Below are positions 6,665 through 12,558 of a DNA stretch of 12,558 nucleotides, piece after piece. The notes below the pieces were generated by a model, which was given only the letters and a program-made list of their open reading frames with translations, was not told where the DNA came from and ran no database searches. The first letter of the stretch is position 1. Every line of letters starts with the position of its first letter. This stretch comes from a virus. A program made the translations under genes and the position numbers. The DNA lies in UHGV virus genome UHGV-1300782. One strand, given 5' to 3'.

Positions 6665-6995
6665 ATCAGCAGCAGAGCGCAAAGCCGCTCAGAGAGCCAG
6701 ACAAGCTGCATCTGGTGTACGTAAGCTGGAGATTGTGCTTGATGCTCAGGAAATTGAAATGCTGGAGCGTAACTGTGCCACACGTCGCCCCGGGCGTGCG
6801 CCTTACGAATTTGGTGAGTATATAGCGTTACTGATCCGCCAGGATGATGCACGCGTGCGCGGGCGTATAAAATCGATCAGCAGAAAACGTTGCGGTAAGT
6901 GCGGCGAGAGAGTTCCTGTGAATTCATGCCCGTGTAATGGTGACTCGCAATGCTGGGTAACCAAAGGCTGGCATGAAACGAAATTAATAGTGTGA
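6657..6995 (+). CDS. Basic protein with a C-terminal Cys cluster (CGKCGERVPVNSCPC), candidate zinc-binding regulator
   Basis: AAGGT 8 nt before ATG 6657; basic helical N-terminus AERKAAQRARQAASGVRKLEIVL; Cys cluster C-x2-C-x9-C-x-C. Last gene before the terminase operon. Function inferred from composition only. Confidence 0.5.
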   Translation: MAKSAAERKAAQRARQAASGVRKLEIVLDAQEIEMLERNCATRRPGRAPYEFGEYIALLIRQDDARVRGRIKSISRKRCGKCGERVPVNSCPCNGDSQCWVTKGWHETKLIV

Positions 6996-7003
6996 CATGT
7001 CAC
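6991..7003. repeat. Palindrome TGTGACATGTCAC, copy 1
   Basis: The 13-mer recurs exactly at 9442-9454; the 12-bp core GTGACATGTCAC is a perfect palindrome. It spans the stop of the 6657-6995 gene. Confidence 0.7.
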
Positions 7004-7012
7004 GAAGGTGTT

Positions 7013-7225
7013 ATGCCAAAAATACGCTACGACCTTGAAGATATGAGAGATAACTCAGCAAATTTTCCGAAAGAGGTTAAATTTCTCATGCATAAGTATG
7101 GTTGCGCCAGGAGGGATATAGTTATCGACAGTCAGCACCCTTGCGGCGAGGATGTAATTTTCATTCGCGGTAAATGGGAAGGGTATCTTGACGAGAGTTT
7201 TTACGATGAATTTGATGGACTTTGA
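7013..7225 (+). CDS. Hypothetical small protein (70 aa)
   Basis: ATG 7013 preceded by GAAGGTG; the ORF track's GTG at 6992 is in frame and cannot be excluded. Stop at 7223-7225 is followed by a terminator. Confidence 0.5.
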   Translation: MPKIRYDLEDMRDNSANFPKEVKFLMHKYGCARRDIVIDSQHPCGEDVIFIRGKWEGYLDESFYDEFDGL

Positions 7226-7230
7226 ATACT

Positions 7231-7257
7231 GCCGCCAACTATGGCGGCTTTATTTTG
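7231..7257 (+). terminator. Intrinsic terminator between accessory block and terminase genes
   Basis: Hairpin GCCGCCA-acta-TGGCGGC (7231-7248) followed by TTTATTTTG (7249-7257). Confidence 0.7.
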
Positions 7258-7260
7258 CAT

Positions 7261-7292
7261 GGTACTATTACCACAACGGTAACTATTACCAC
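7261..7292. repeat. Direct repeat GGTA(A)CTATTACCAC x2 upstream of terS
   Basis: Exact 10-mer CTATTACCAC at 7265-7274 and 7283-7292. Each copy forms an inverted-order palindrome of the operator half-sites (GGTA-CTAT-TACC at 7261-7272; GGTAA-CTA-TTACC at 7278-7290). Confidence 0.65.
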
Positions 7293-7302
7293 GGTGGTTA
7301 TG

Positions 7303-7896
7303 ATGCCTGCTGAACCTAAAACCTATAAACGCAAATCAACGCAATTTAAGCCACTAACAGCAATGCAGGAGGCTTATTGCCAGTCATACATCAAAACGCC
7401 TGAAAACCAGACTCAGGCAGCGATTAACGCAGGATTCTCCCCAAATACAGCGGCAGTTAAAGCCAGTGTCATGATGCGCGATGAACGCATTCAAAAACGG
7501 ATTGCCGAGCTGATGGAAGAGCGCAACAAACGAATGCGCGTCAGTGCTGATTACGTTCTCATGCGCCTGGTGGAGATCGACCAGATGGACGTGATCGACA
7601 TCCTCAACGACGATGGGAGCCTTAAGCCAATCCGCGAGTGGCCGAAAATCTGGCGCACTACGCTTAGCGGCTTTGATCTGTCATCGACCATCATGAACAT
7701 GAACGAGGATTCGATAGAGACAATCCTCAAAAAAATTAAATGGCCTGACAAGGTGAAGAACCTCGAACTGATTGGTAAGCACGTCGACGTCAACGCATTC
7801 AAAGAACGCCTGGATGTTAATGTGAATGTGACAATTGCTGATCGCATAGCAGCAGCCAGGAAGCGACTCAAAGAACGTCAGGATGGTAATCAGTGA
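7303..7896 (+). CDS. terS: Terminase small subunit (Terminase_2-type)
   Basis: Segment LTAMQEAYCQSYIKTPENQTQAAINAGFSPNTAAVKASVMMRDERIQKRIAELM matches the small-terminase pattern (LT..QE.FC.EY ... QAAI.AGYS). Start placed at ATG 7303 (or 7300) after GGTGG; the TTG 7222 extension in the ORF track reads through the terminator and repeats. Stop overlaps the terL start (GTGA). Confidence 0.7.
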   Translation: MPAEPKTYKRKSTQFKPLTAMQEAYCQSYIKTPENQTQAAINAGFSPNTAAVKASVMMRDERIQKRIAELMEERNKRMRVSADYVLMRLVEIDQMDVIDILNDDGSLKPIREWPKIWRTTLSGFDLSSTIMNMNEDSIETILKKIKWPDKVKNLELIGKHVDVNAFKERLDVNVNVTIADRIAAARKRLKERQDGNQ

Positions 7897-9368
7897 CAGA
7901 TACAGCGTTATCTCCTGAAGAGCAGTTGATCGAGGATATTGCAGGGTTCACTCACGATCCGCTTGGCTATGCTCTCTATGCGTTCCCGTGGGGGGAAGAG
8001 GGGACTGAACTGGCACATGCTACCGGCCCACGTCAATGGCAGGCTGATGCGTTCCGAGAGATACGTGATCACCTGCAGAATCCAGAGACGCGCTATCAGC
8101 CGCTTATGCTGGCACGCGCTTCTGGTCACGGTATTGGTAAATCCGCATTTATCTCAATGCTGATCAACTGGGGCATGTCCACTTGCGAGGATTGTAAGGT
8201 CGTGGTGACCGCCAACACCGACAACCAGCTACGAACGAAGACCTGGCCGGAAATTATCAAGTGGTCAAACCTTGCTATCACGAAAGACTGGTTTACCTGT
8301 ACCGCTACCGCGATGTACAGCAATGACCCTGGGCACGACAAGCGGTGGCGAGCTGACGCAATCCCCTGGTCTGAGCACAACACTGAGGCATTCGCCGGAC
8401 TACACAACGAGCGCAAACGCATCATCGTGGTATTCGATGAAGCGTCGAATATTGCCGATCTTGTGTGGGAGGTAGCAGAGGGTGCGCTGACGGACGAAGA
8501 CACCGAAATCATCTGGGTGGCGTTCGGGAACCCGACGCGTAACACCGGGCGTTTCCGTGAATGTTTCCGCAAGTACAAACACCGCTGGAAGTGTGCGCAG
8601 ATTGACAGCCGGACGGTGGAAGGCACTAACAAACAGCAGTTGCAGAAATGGGTTGATGACTACGGGGAAGACAGCGACTTCGTTAAAATCCGTGTGCGCG
8701 GCATATTCCCTGATGCATCTGAATTGCAGTTTATCCCTACCGGTCTTACTGATGAGGCAATGAAACGGGTGGTAACCGCTGCGCAGGTTGCACATGCTCC
8801 GGTGATAATCGGCGTTGACCCGGCATACTCAGGCGTTGATGACGCGGTGATATACCTGCGGCAGGGGCTGCACAGTAAGGTGCTGTGGACTGGCAACAAG
8901 ACTACTGACGATCTGATTATGGCGAAGCGTATCGCTGACTTTGAAGACCAGTACCAGGCTGACGCAGTGTTCATCGACTTCGGTTACGGAACTGGTCTGA
9001 AGTCAATCGGTGACGGCTGGGGTCGTACATGGCAACTTGTTCCGTTCGGTGGCGCGTCTACTGACCCGCAGATGCTCAATAAGCGCGGGGAGATGTTCAA
9101 CTCATGCAAGACATGGCTGAGGCTGGGCGGCATGCTGGATGACCAGGAAACAGCGGACGACCTGTCGGCGGCAGAGTACAAAGTTCGAGTGGACGGTAAA
9201 ATCGTTATCGAACCGAAGGAAGATATCAAGGAGCGGCTTGGGCGCTCGCCGGGTAAAGGCGATGCGCTACTGCTGACGTTTGCTTTCCCTGTGTCGAAGC
9301 GTCTGCGAATTCCCGGGCAGCAGAACCAGCAAGGCAAGGCCATCACAGATTACGATCCCTATGATTAA
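7893..9368 (+). CDS. terL: Terminase large subunit
   Basis: 491 codons; AGGATGG 6 nt before GTG 7893. Walker A-like ARASGHGIGKSAF, Walker B-like IIVVFDEAS, acidic nuclease-type motif VIIGVDPAYSGVDDAV. Size and position after terS fit. Confidence 0.85.
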   Translation: MTDTALSPEEQLIEDIAGFTHDPLGYALYAFPWGEEGTELAHATGPRQWQADAFREIRDHLQNPETRYQPLMLARASGHGIGKSAFISMLINWGMSTCEDCKVVVTANTDNQLRTKTWPEIIKWSNLAITKDWFTCTATAMYSNDPGHDKRWRADAIPWSEHNTEAFAGLHNERKRIIVVFDEASNIADLVWEVAEGALTDEDTEIIWVAFGNPTRNTGRFRECFRKYKHRWKCAQIDSRTVEGTNKQQLQKWVDDYGEDSDFVKIRVRGIFPDASELQFIPTGLTDEAMKRVVTAAQVAHAPVIIGVDPAYSGVDDAVIYLRQGLHSKVLWTGNKTTDDLIMAKRIADFEDQYQADAVFIDFGYGTGLKSIGDGWGRTWQLVPFGGASTDPQMLNKRGEMFNSCKTWLRLGGMLDDQETADDLSAAEYKVRVDGKIVIEPKEDIKERLGRSPGKGDALLLTFAFPVSKRLRIPGQQNQQGKAITDYDPYD

Positions 9369-9418
9369 TCCGCTGGTGGGGATAATGTCGTTGATATCCT
9401 CTGATGAGGATAAAACAA

Positions 9419-9445
9419 AGCCAGCTCATCGGCTGGCTGTTTGTG
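9419..9445. terminator. Bidirectional terminator between convergent terL and the reverse-strand gene
   Basis: Hairpin AGCCAGC-tcatcg-GCTGGCT (9419-9438) with TGTTTGTG downstream on the plus strand and an A-run upstream (T-rich on the minus strand). Confidence 0.5.
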
Positions 9446-9455
9446 ACATGTCACA
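9442..9455. repeat. Palindrome TGTGACATGTCACA, copy 2
   Basis: Perfect 14-bp palindrome; the 13-mer is identical to 6991-7003. Sits between the terL stop and the reverse-strand gene. Confidence 0.7.
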
Positions 9456-9458
9456 GAG

Positions 9459-9866
9459 CTAGAAAATAATTTCATCAAATGCAGCATTTATTGCCTTTGC
9501 TTCGCTAATGGCGCCTTGTTTATCGACAATAGCTTTTTTACCAAGCACCTCGGCAAGGCACTGTAGCTTCATGTTGTATAAGTGTTCGCTCATGTAATCA
9601 TTATCACTTTTTGCTTTAGCGCAAACAGAGCGAGAAATATCAAACACATCGCCTTTTTCCATTTCAGAACGTTGTGCTGTTATCCAGTCATGGAACGTAA
9701 CGCTAGTACCATGGTCTTCTCTAAGAGTTAACCCGGTCAGCCCCTCACTCTGAATTACTTCGTAATGCATTTCATTACCAGCAAAAACGCCATAAAAAAT
9801 GCAGTCTTCAGCCTGAACGATACGAGAATATTTTAATGGCCATTCATTTAGATACTTAGCCAACAT
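9459..9866 (-). CDS. Hypothetical protein (135 aa), reverse-oriented AT-rich insert gene (moron candidate)
   Basis: Minus-strand ORF. Start placed at ATG 9866-9864 (MLAKYLNEWPLKY...) because the longer TTG-initiated version (9929) translates the upstream terminator hairpin. No good SD. My hand count over 9461-9640 gives about 37-42% GC against about 48% in a terL sample (8401-8460). No predicted membrane segment by eye; no family recognised. Confidence 0.5.
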   Translation of the reverse strand: MLAKYLNEWPLKYSRIVQAEDCIFYGVFAGNEMHYEVIQSEGLTGLTLREDHGTSVTFHDWITAQRSEMEKGDVFDISRSVCAKAKSDNDYMSEHLYNMKLQCLAEVLGKKAIVDKQGAISEAKAINAAFDEIIF

Positions 9867-9891
9867 ATCAATTGTCTTGATAATCTCACCT

Positions 9892-9916
9892 AAAAAAAAT
9901 GCCCGGCGAACCGGGC
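9892..9916 (-). terminator. Strong intrinsic terminator immediately upstream of the reverse-strand gene
   Basis: Minus strand reads GCCCGG-TTCG-CCGGGC-A-TTTTTTTT (plus 9916 down to 9892): 6-bp GC stem, UUCG tetraloop, U8 tract. Ends about 25 nt before the ATG at 9866. Confidence 0.75.
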
Positions 9917-9993
9917 GAACTGGAAGCAATGAGTTATGCCTTCCGTGGCTGTACTGGTTTACAGCATGAAGTCATCGCAATGGCGTCCTGCTG

Positions 9994-10036
9994 TAAAAAG
10001 GGCGGTGATAGTCCTTCAAGGGAAACCATCACCGCC
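9994..10036 (-). terminator. Candidate terminator of the tRNA
   Basis: On the minus strand a 9-bp stem GGCGGTGAT / ATCACCGCC (plus 10036-10028 and 10009-10001) around an 18-nt loop, followed by C-TTTTT-A; about 44 nt after the tRNA 3' end. Confidence 0.45.
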
Positions 10037-10080
10037 AAGCCCCCTGGAACTTCTGGCATCACGGTCCTTAGGCGTGATTC

Positions 10081-10157
10081 TGGCGTGGCATGCAGGATTC
10101 GAACCTGCGACCAACCGCTTAGAAGGCGGTTGCTCTGTCCAGCTGAGCTAATGCCAC
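10081..10157 (-). tRNA. tRNA-Arg (anticodon UCU)
   Basis: The reverse complement folds by hand into a 77-nt cloverleaf: acceptor GTGGCAT/ATGCCAC, D-stem GCTC/GAGC, anticodon stem ACCGC/GCGGT with loop CTTCTAA (anticodon TCT), variable loop TGGTC, T-arm GCAGG-TTCGAAT-CCTGC, discriminator G, encoded CCA. Confidence 0.85.
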
Positions 10158-10479
10158 AACGCTGAGAGCACTTAGCCTGTTAAGGCGCCACACTTTGTCG
10201 CGGCTCCATAAATGCTCTCATCGTTGTACCCTCGTCTCTTCCGAGGTGTCACACCGAATCGCCTGGATGGTGAATCCCCGTGCGCGGAATAAAACCGCTC
10301 GACTTGCACATTCCGGCTACCTGGTTCGTTTGCCCGAGCAAGGGAGGGTGCCCCTTAAACGTATCCAGACCGCTATCGGCGCATGTGCCATACGCCGTAC
10401 TGCTCAAAATAAAAGCTCACTCCACCTGTTCAATTTAACGACAAGCCAGTCAGGTTAGTAACCGGAATGAACTCTTTGG

Positions 10480-10523
10480 TTACCTGAAAGGTAATAATTC
10501 GTGCGTTAAATGTCAACTGTCTA
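10480..10523 (-). promoter_or_regulatory. Third promoter-operator cassette, leftward, feeding the tRNA/insert unit
   Basis: Minus strand reads TAGACA-G-TTGACA ... AATTAT-TACC-TTTCA-GGTAAC. Operator TTACC-N5-GGTAA at plus 10480-10494 abuts a -10-like AATTAT (plus 10494-10499) exactly as at PL. -35 candidates are TAGACA (plus 10518-10523, 18-nt spacer) or TTGACA (plus 10511-10516, spacer too short). A lone GGTAA half-site sits at 10552-10556, where a second operator 62 bp away would lie. Confidence 0.45.
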
Positions 10524-10584
10524 CGATAAATAAATCATATGTGGTTAAATTGGTAATAATTTAATTGCGTACGGAGTCATTGAT

Positions 10585-10791
10585 ATGTGCATGGGTAGCT
10601 CACCATCAGTGCCTGCAACACCAGAAGTTCAGGCAGCACCACAGGAGCAGGATGCCGCCGTTGTTGATGCCCGCGACGAAGAAACTCGTCGCCGTCGCGC
10701 TGCTGCTGGTCGTAGTTCTACGCTGCTTACCGGTTCTCAGGGCGACACATCAACCGCTAATACCAGCGGTAAAACGCTGCTTGGTCAGTAA
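10585..10791 (+). CDS. Hypothetical small protein (68 aa), low-complexity and Arg-rich, upstream of portal
   Basis: GGAG (10573-10576) 8 nt before ATG 10585. Codon choice (CGT/CGC, GGT, CTG, ACC) looks like expressed enterobacterial genes. The overlapping TTG-initiated frame at 10565 has no SD and was not called. Confidence 0.55.
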   Translation: MCMGSSPSVPATPEVQAAPQEQDAAVVDARDEETRRRRAAAGRSSTLLTGSQGDTSTANTSGKTLLGQ

Positions 10792-10805
10792 CCGGAGTCA
10801 TTGAA

Positions 10806-12470
10806 ATGGCGGAAACAACTAAAGAGCGATTGAACAAACAGTTCGCACAACTTGAAAGCGAGCGTCAGTCGTTCGAGCCGCACTGGCGCGAGTTGAGTGA
10901 TTACATCAACCCGCGTGGTTCCCGCTTTCTGACTTCTGAGGTCAACCGTAACGATCGACGCAATACACGCATTATTGATTCGACCGGGACTATGGCGGCG
11001 CGCACTCTCGCCAGCGGCATGATGTCAGGCATCACAAGCCCCGCGCGTCCGTGGTTTCGCCTGGCTACGCCAGATCCTGAAATGATGGATTATGGCCCTG
11101 TTAAGTTGTGGCTTGAGGCGGTGCAGAACCGCATGAACGATATGTTCAATAAGTCGAATCTCTATCAGTCGCTGCCGCAGTTATACGGAAGCCTCGGCAC
11201 ATACAGCACTGGTGCAATGGCAGTGCTGGAGGATGACGAGGACATCATTCGCACAATGCCATTCCCGATAGGAAGTTACTACCTGGCTAACTCACCTCGT
11301 GGCAGTGTGGACACCTGTTTTCGCAAGTTCTCTATGACTGTTCGTCAGCTTGTTCAGGAGTTCGGGCTAAATAACGTCAGCGAATCCGTAAAAAGCATGT
11401 GGGAAAGCGGCACCTACGAGAAGTGGATTGAAGTGATGCATTCGGTTTACCCGAACATTGACCGCGATACATCGAAGCTGGATAGCAAGAACAAGCCATT
11501 CAAATCGGTTTATTACGAGGTTGGTGGCGATAACGACAAGTTGTTGCGTGAGTCCGGATTCGATGAGTTTCCAATTATGGCTCCGCGCTGGGAAGTTAAC
11601 GGCGAAGATGTTTATGGATCATCATGCCCGGGTATGCTGGCGCTTGGACCTGTTAAGGCATTGCAGCTTCTCCAGAAGCGCAAGTCGCAGTTGATTGATA
11701 AAGCCACCAATCCGCCGATGGTTGCTCCGACTTCCCTCAAGAATCAGCGCGCCTCCCTTCTTCCTGGCGACATCACGTATATCGATCAGATTACTGGTCA
11801 TGATGGTTTCAGGCCTGCTTATCTGGTTAACCCCAGTACAGCAGATTTGGTGGCAGACATTCAGGACACTCGTCAAATCATTAACAGCGCCTACTTTGTC
11901 GATCTGTTCATGATGTTGCAGAACATCAATACCCGCTCGATGCCTGTTGAAGCGGTGATCGAAATGAAAGAAGAAAAACTTCTGATGTTGGGGCCGGTTC
12001 TGGAGCGTCTGAACGACGAATGTCTTAATCCTCTCATTGACCGCGCTTTCTCGATGATGGTGCGTAAAAACATGCTGCCGCCACCGCCTGACGCGATGGA
12101 AGGTATGCCCCTGAAGGTCGAATACATTTCCGTCATGGCTCAGGCGCAGAAGTCTATCGGCCTGTCCAGTCTGGCGTCTACGGTCAACTTCATTGGTCAA
12201 CTTGCGCAAGCGAAACCAGAAGCTCTCGACAAACTCAACGTTGATCAGGCGATCGATGCATTCGCTGATATGTCCGGAGTGTCTCCAACCGTCATTGTTC
12301 CGCAGGAACAGGTTGAGCAGGCTCGCCAGCAACGGGCACAGCAACAACAGCAGCAACAAATGATGGAGATGGGGATGGCGGCGGCACAGGGTGCCAAGAC
12401 GCTAAGCGAAGCTAAAACTTCGGATCCGAGTGTTTTGTCAGCTATGGCGAATGCAGTTAGTGGTCGCTGA
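10806..12470 (+). CDS. Portal (head-to-tail connector) protein, T7-type family
   Basis: 554 codons; GGAG 9 nt before ATG 10806. N-terminal pattern (ERQSFEPHWRELSDYINP ... ARPWFRLATP) and the Gln/Met-rich C-terminus (QQQQQQQMMEMGMAAAQGA) parallel the T7 gp8 connector as I recall it. Confidence 0.8.
   Translation: MAETTKERLNKQFAQLESERQSFEPHWRELSDYINPRGSRFLTSEVNRNDRRNTRIIDSTGTMAARTLASGMMSGITSPARPWFRLATPDPEMMDYGPVKLWLEAVQNRMNDMFNKSNLYQSLPQLYGSLGTYSTGAMAVLEDDEDIIRTMPFPIGSYYLANSPRGSVDTCFRKFSMTVRQLVQEFGLNNVSESVKSMWESGTYEKWIEVMHSVYPNIDRDTSKLDSKNKPFKSVYYEVGGDNDKLLRESGFDEFPIMAPRWEVNGEDVYGSSCPGMLALGPVKALQLLQKRKSQLIDKATNPPMVAPTSLKNQRASLLPGDITYIDQITGHDGFRPAYLVNPSTADLVADIQDTRQIINSAYFVDLFMMLQNINTRSMPVEAVIEMKEEKLLMLGPVLERLNDECLNPLIDRAFSMMVRKNMLPPPPDAMEGMPLKVEYISVMAQAQKSIGLSSLASTVNFIGQLAQAKPEALDKLNVDQAIDAFADMSGVSPTVIVPQEQVEQARQQRAQQQQQQQMMEMGMAAAQGAKTLSEAKTSDPSVLSAMANAVSGR
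12262..12356 (+). repeat. Direct repeat, copy 1 (inside portal coding sequence)
   Basis: 95 bp, 94/95 identical to 12464-12558 (offset 202 bp); the single mismatch is C at 12301 versus T at 12503. Confidence 0.85.
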
Positions 12471-12558
12471 TATGTCCGGAGTGTCTCCAACCGTCATTGT
12501 TCTGCAGGAACAGGTTGAGCAGGCTCGCCAGCAACGGGCACAGCAACAACAGCAGCAA
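12464..12558 (+). repeat. Direct repeat, copy 2 (spans the portal stop codon, truncated by window end)
   Basis: Copy of 12262-12356. It contains the portal stop TGA (12468-12470) and an ATG at 12472 that opens a frame re-encoding MSGVSPTVIVLQEQVEQARQQRAQQQQQQ to the window edge. Confidence 0.85.

Noticed and set aside
7222-7302. TTG-initiated N-terminal extension of terS (MNTAANYGGFILHGTITTTVTITTVV)
   Set aside because: It translates through an intrinsic terminator hairpin and the direct repeats; the ATG at 7300/7303 with an upstream GGTGG is the more plausible start
7908-9346. Several minus- and plus-strand ORFs of 67-168 aa inside the terL region (e.g. 8126-8632, 8400-8795, 8984-9346)
   Set aside because: All lie within and out of frame or antisense to the well-supported 491-codon terminase ORF, lack start signals and have Ser/Arg-rich junk-like translations
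9438-9457. LexA/SOS box or CRP site at the TGTGACATGTCACA palindrome
   Set aside because: Spacing does not fit either consensus (CTGT-N8-ACAG or TGTGA-N6-TCACA); left as an unassigned palindrome
9867-9929. Longer 156-aa version of the reverse-strand gene starting at TTG 9929
   Set aside because: The extra residues (LPVRPVRRAFFLG) are the translation of the GCCCGG-TTCG-CCGGGC-T8 terminator; ATG 9866 is more plausible, though its SD is poor
9930-10160. tRNA as an attachment site for an integrated element
   Set aside because: No integrase gene and no direct repeat of the tRNA 3' end at the other side of the insert; the tRNA has its own terminator and looks like a phage-encoded gene
10195-10458. 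87-aa plus-strand ORF in the tRNA leader region
   Set aside because: No SD, Arg/Ser/His-rich junk-like composition, and it lies antisense to the proposed tRNA transcript
10565-10804. Alternative 79-aa frame overlapping the small pre-portal gene
   Set aside because: TTG start without an SD and a hydrophobic, repetitive translation; the 10585 frame has a GGAG at proper spacing and typical codon usage
11622-12359. 245-aa minus-strand ORF antisense to the portal gene
   Set aside because: Fully embedded antisense in the portal frame; its poly-Leu N-terminus is just the reverse reading of the portal poly-Gln tract

Overview
This 12.6-kb window reads as the early-to-late junction of a temperate enterobacterial-type prophage. 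Left to right: a leftward early gene (5' end only), an immunity repressor with two HTH units and no autopeptidase signature, a divergent Cro-like gene with three operator-like palindromes between them, a zinc-ribbon protein, an O-like replication initiator with embedded iterons, a lambda-P-like helicase loader, ten small tightly packed accessory genes (DUF1064 nuclease-fold, Ead/Ea22-like, DUF551-like, ASCH-like, several unknown), terminase small and large subunits, and a T7-type portal. Between the terminase large subunit and the portal lies a reverse-oriented insert: an operator-bearing leftward promoter, a ~320-nt non-coding leader, a tRNA-Arg(UCU), two intrinsic terminators and an AT-rich 136-codon gene of unknown function. 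This insert is my best candidate for an undescribed accessory function. The strongest sequence-level signal is a 15-bp palindrome TTACC-N5-GGTAA, perfect six times and always intergenic, three times in the same promoter-operator cassette geometry. No integrase, lysis cassette, N/Q-type antiterminator, CRISPR array or rRNA is visible. All calls come from reading the sequence and remembered family features; nothing was searched against a database and all homology statements are recollection.
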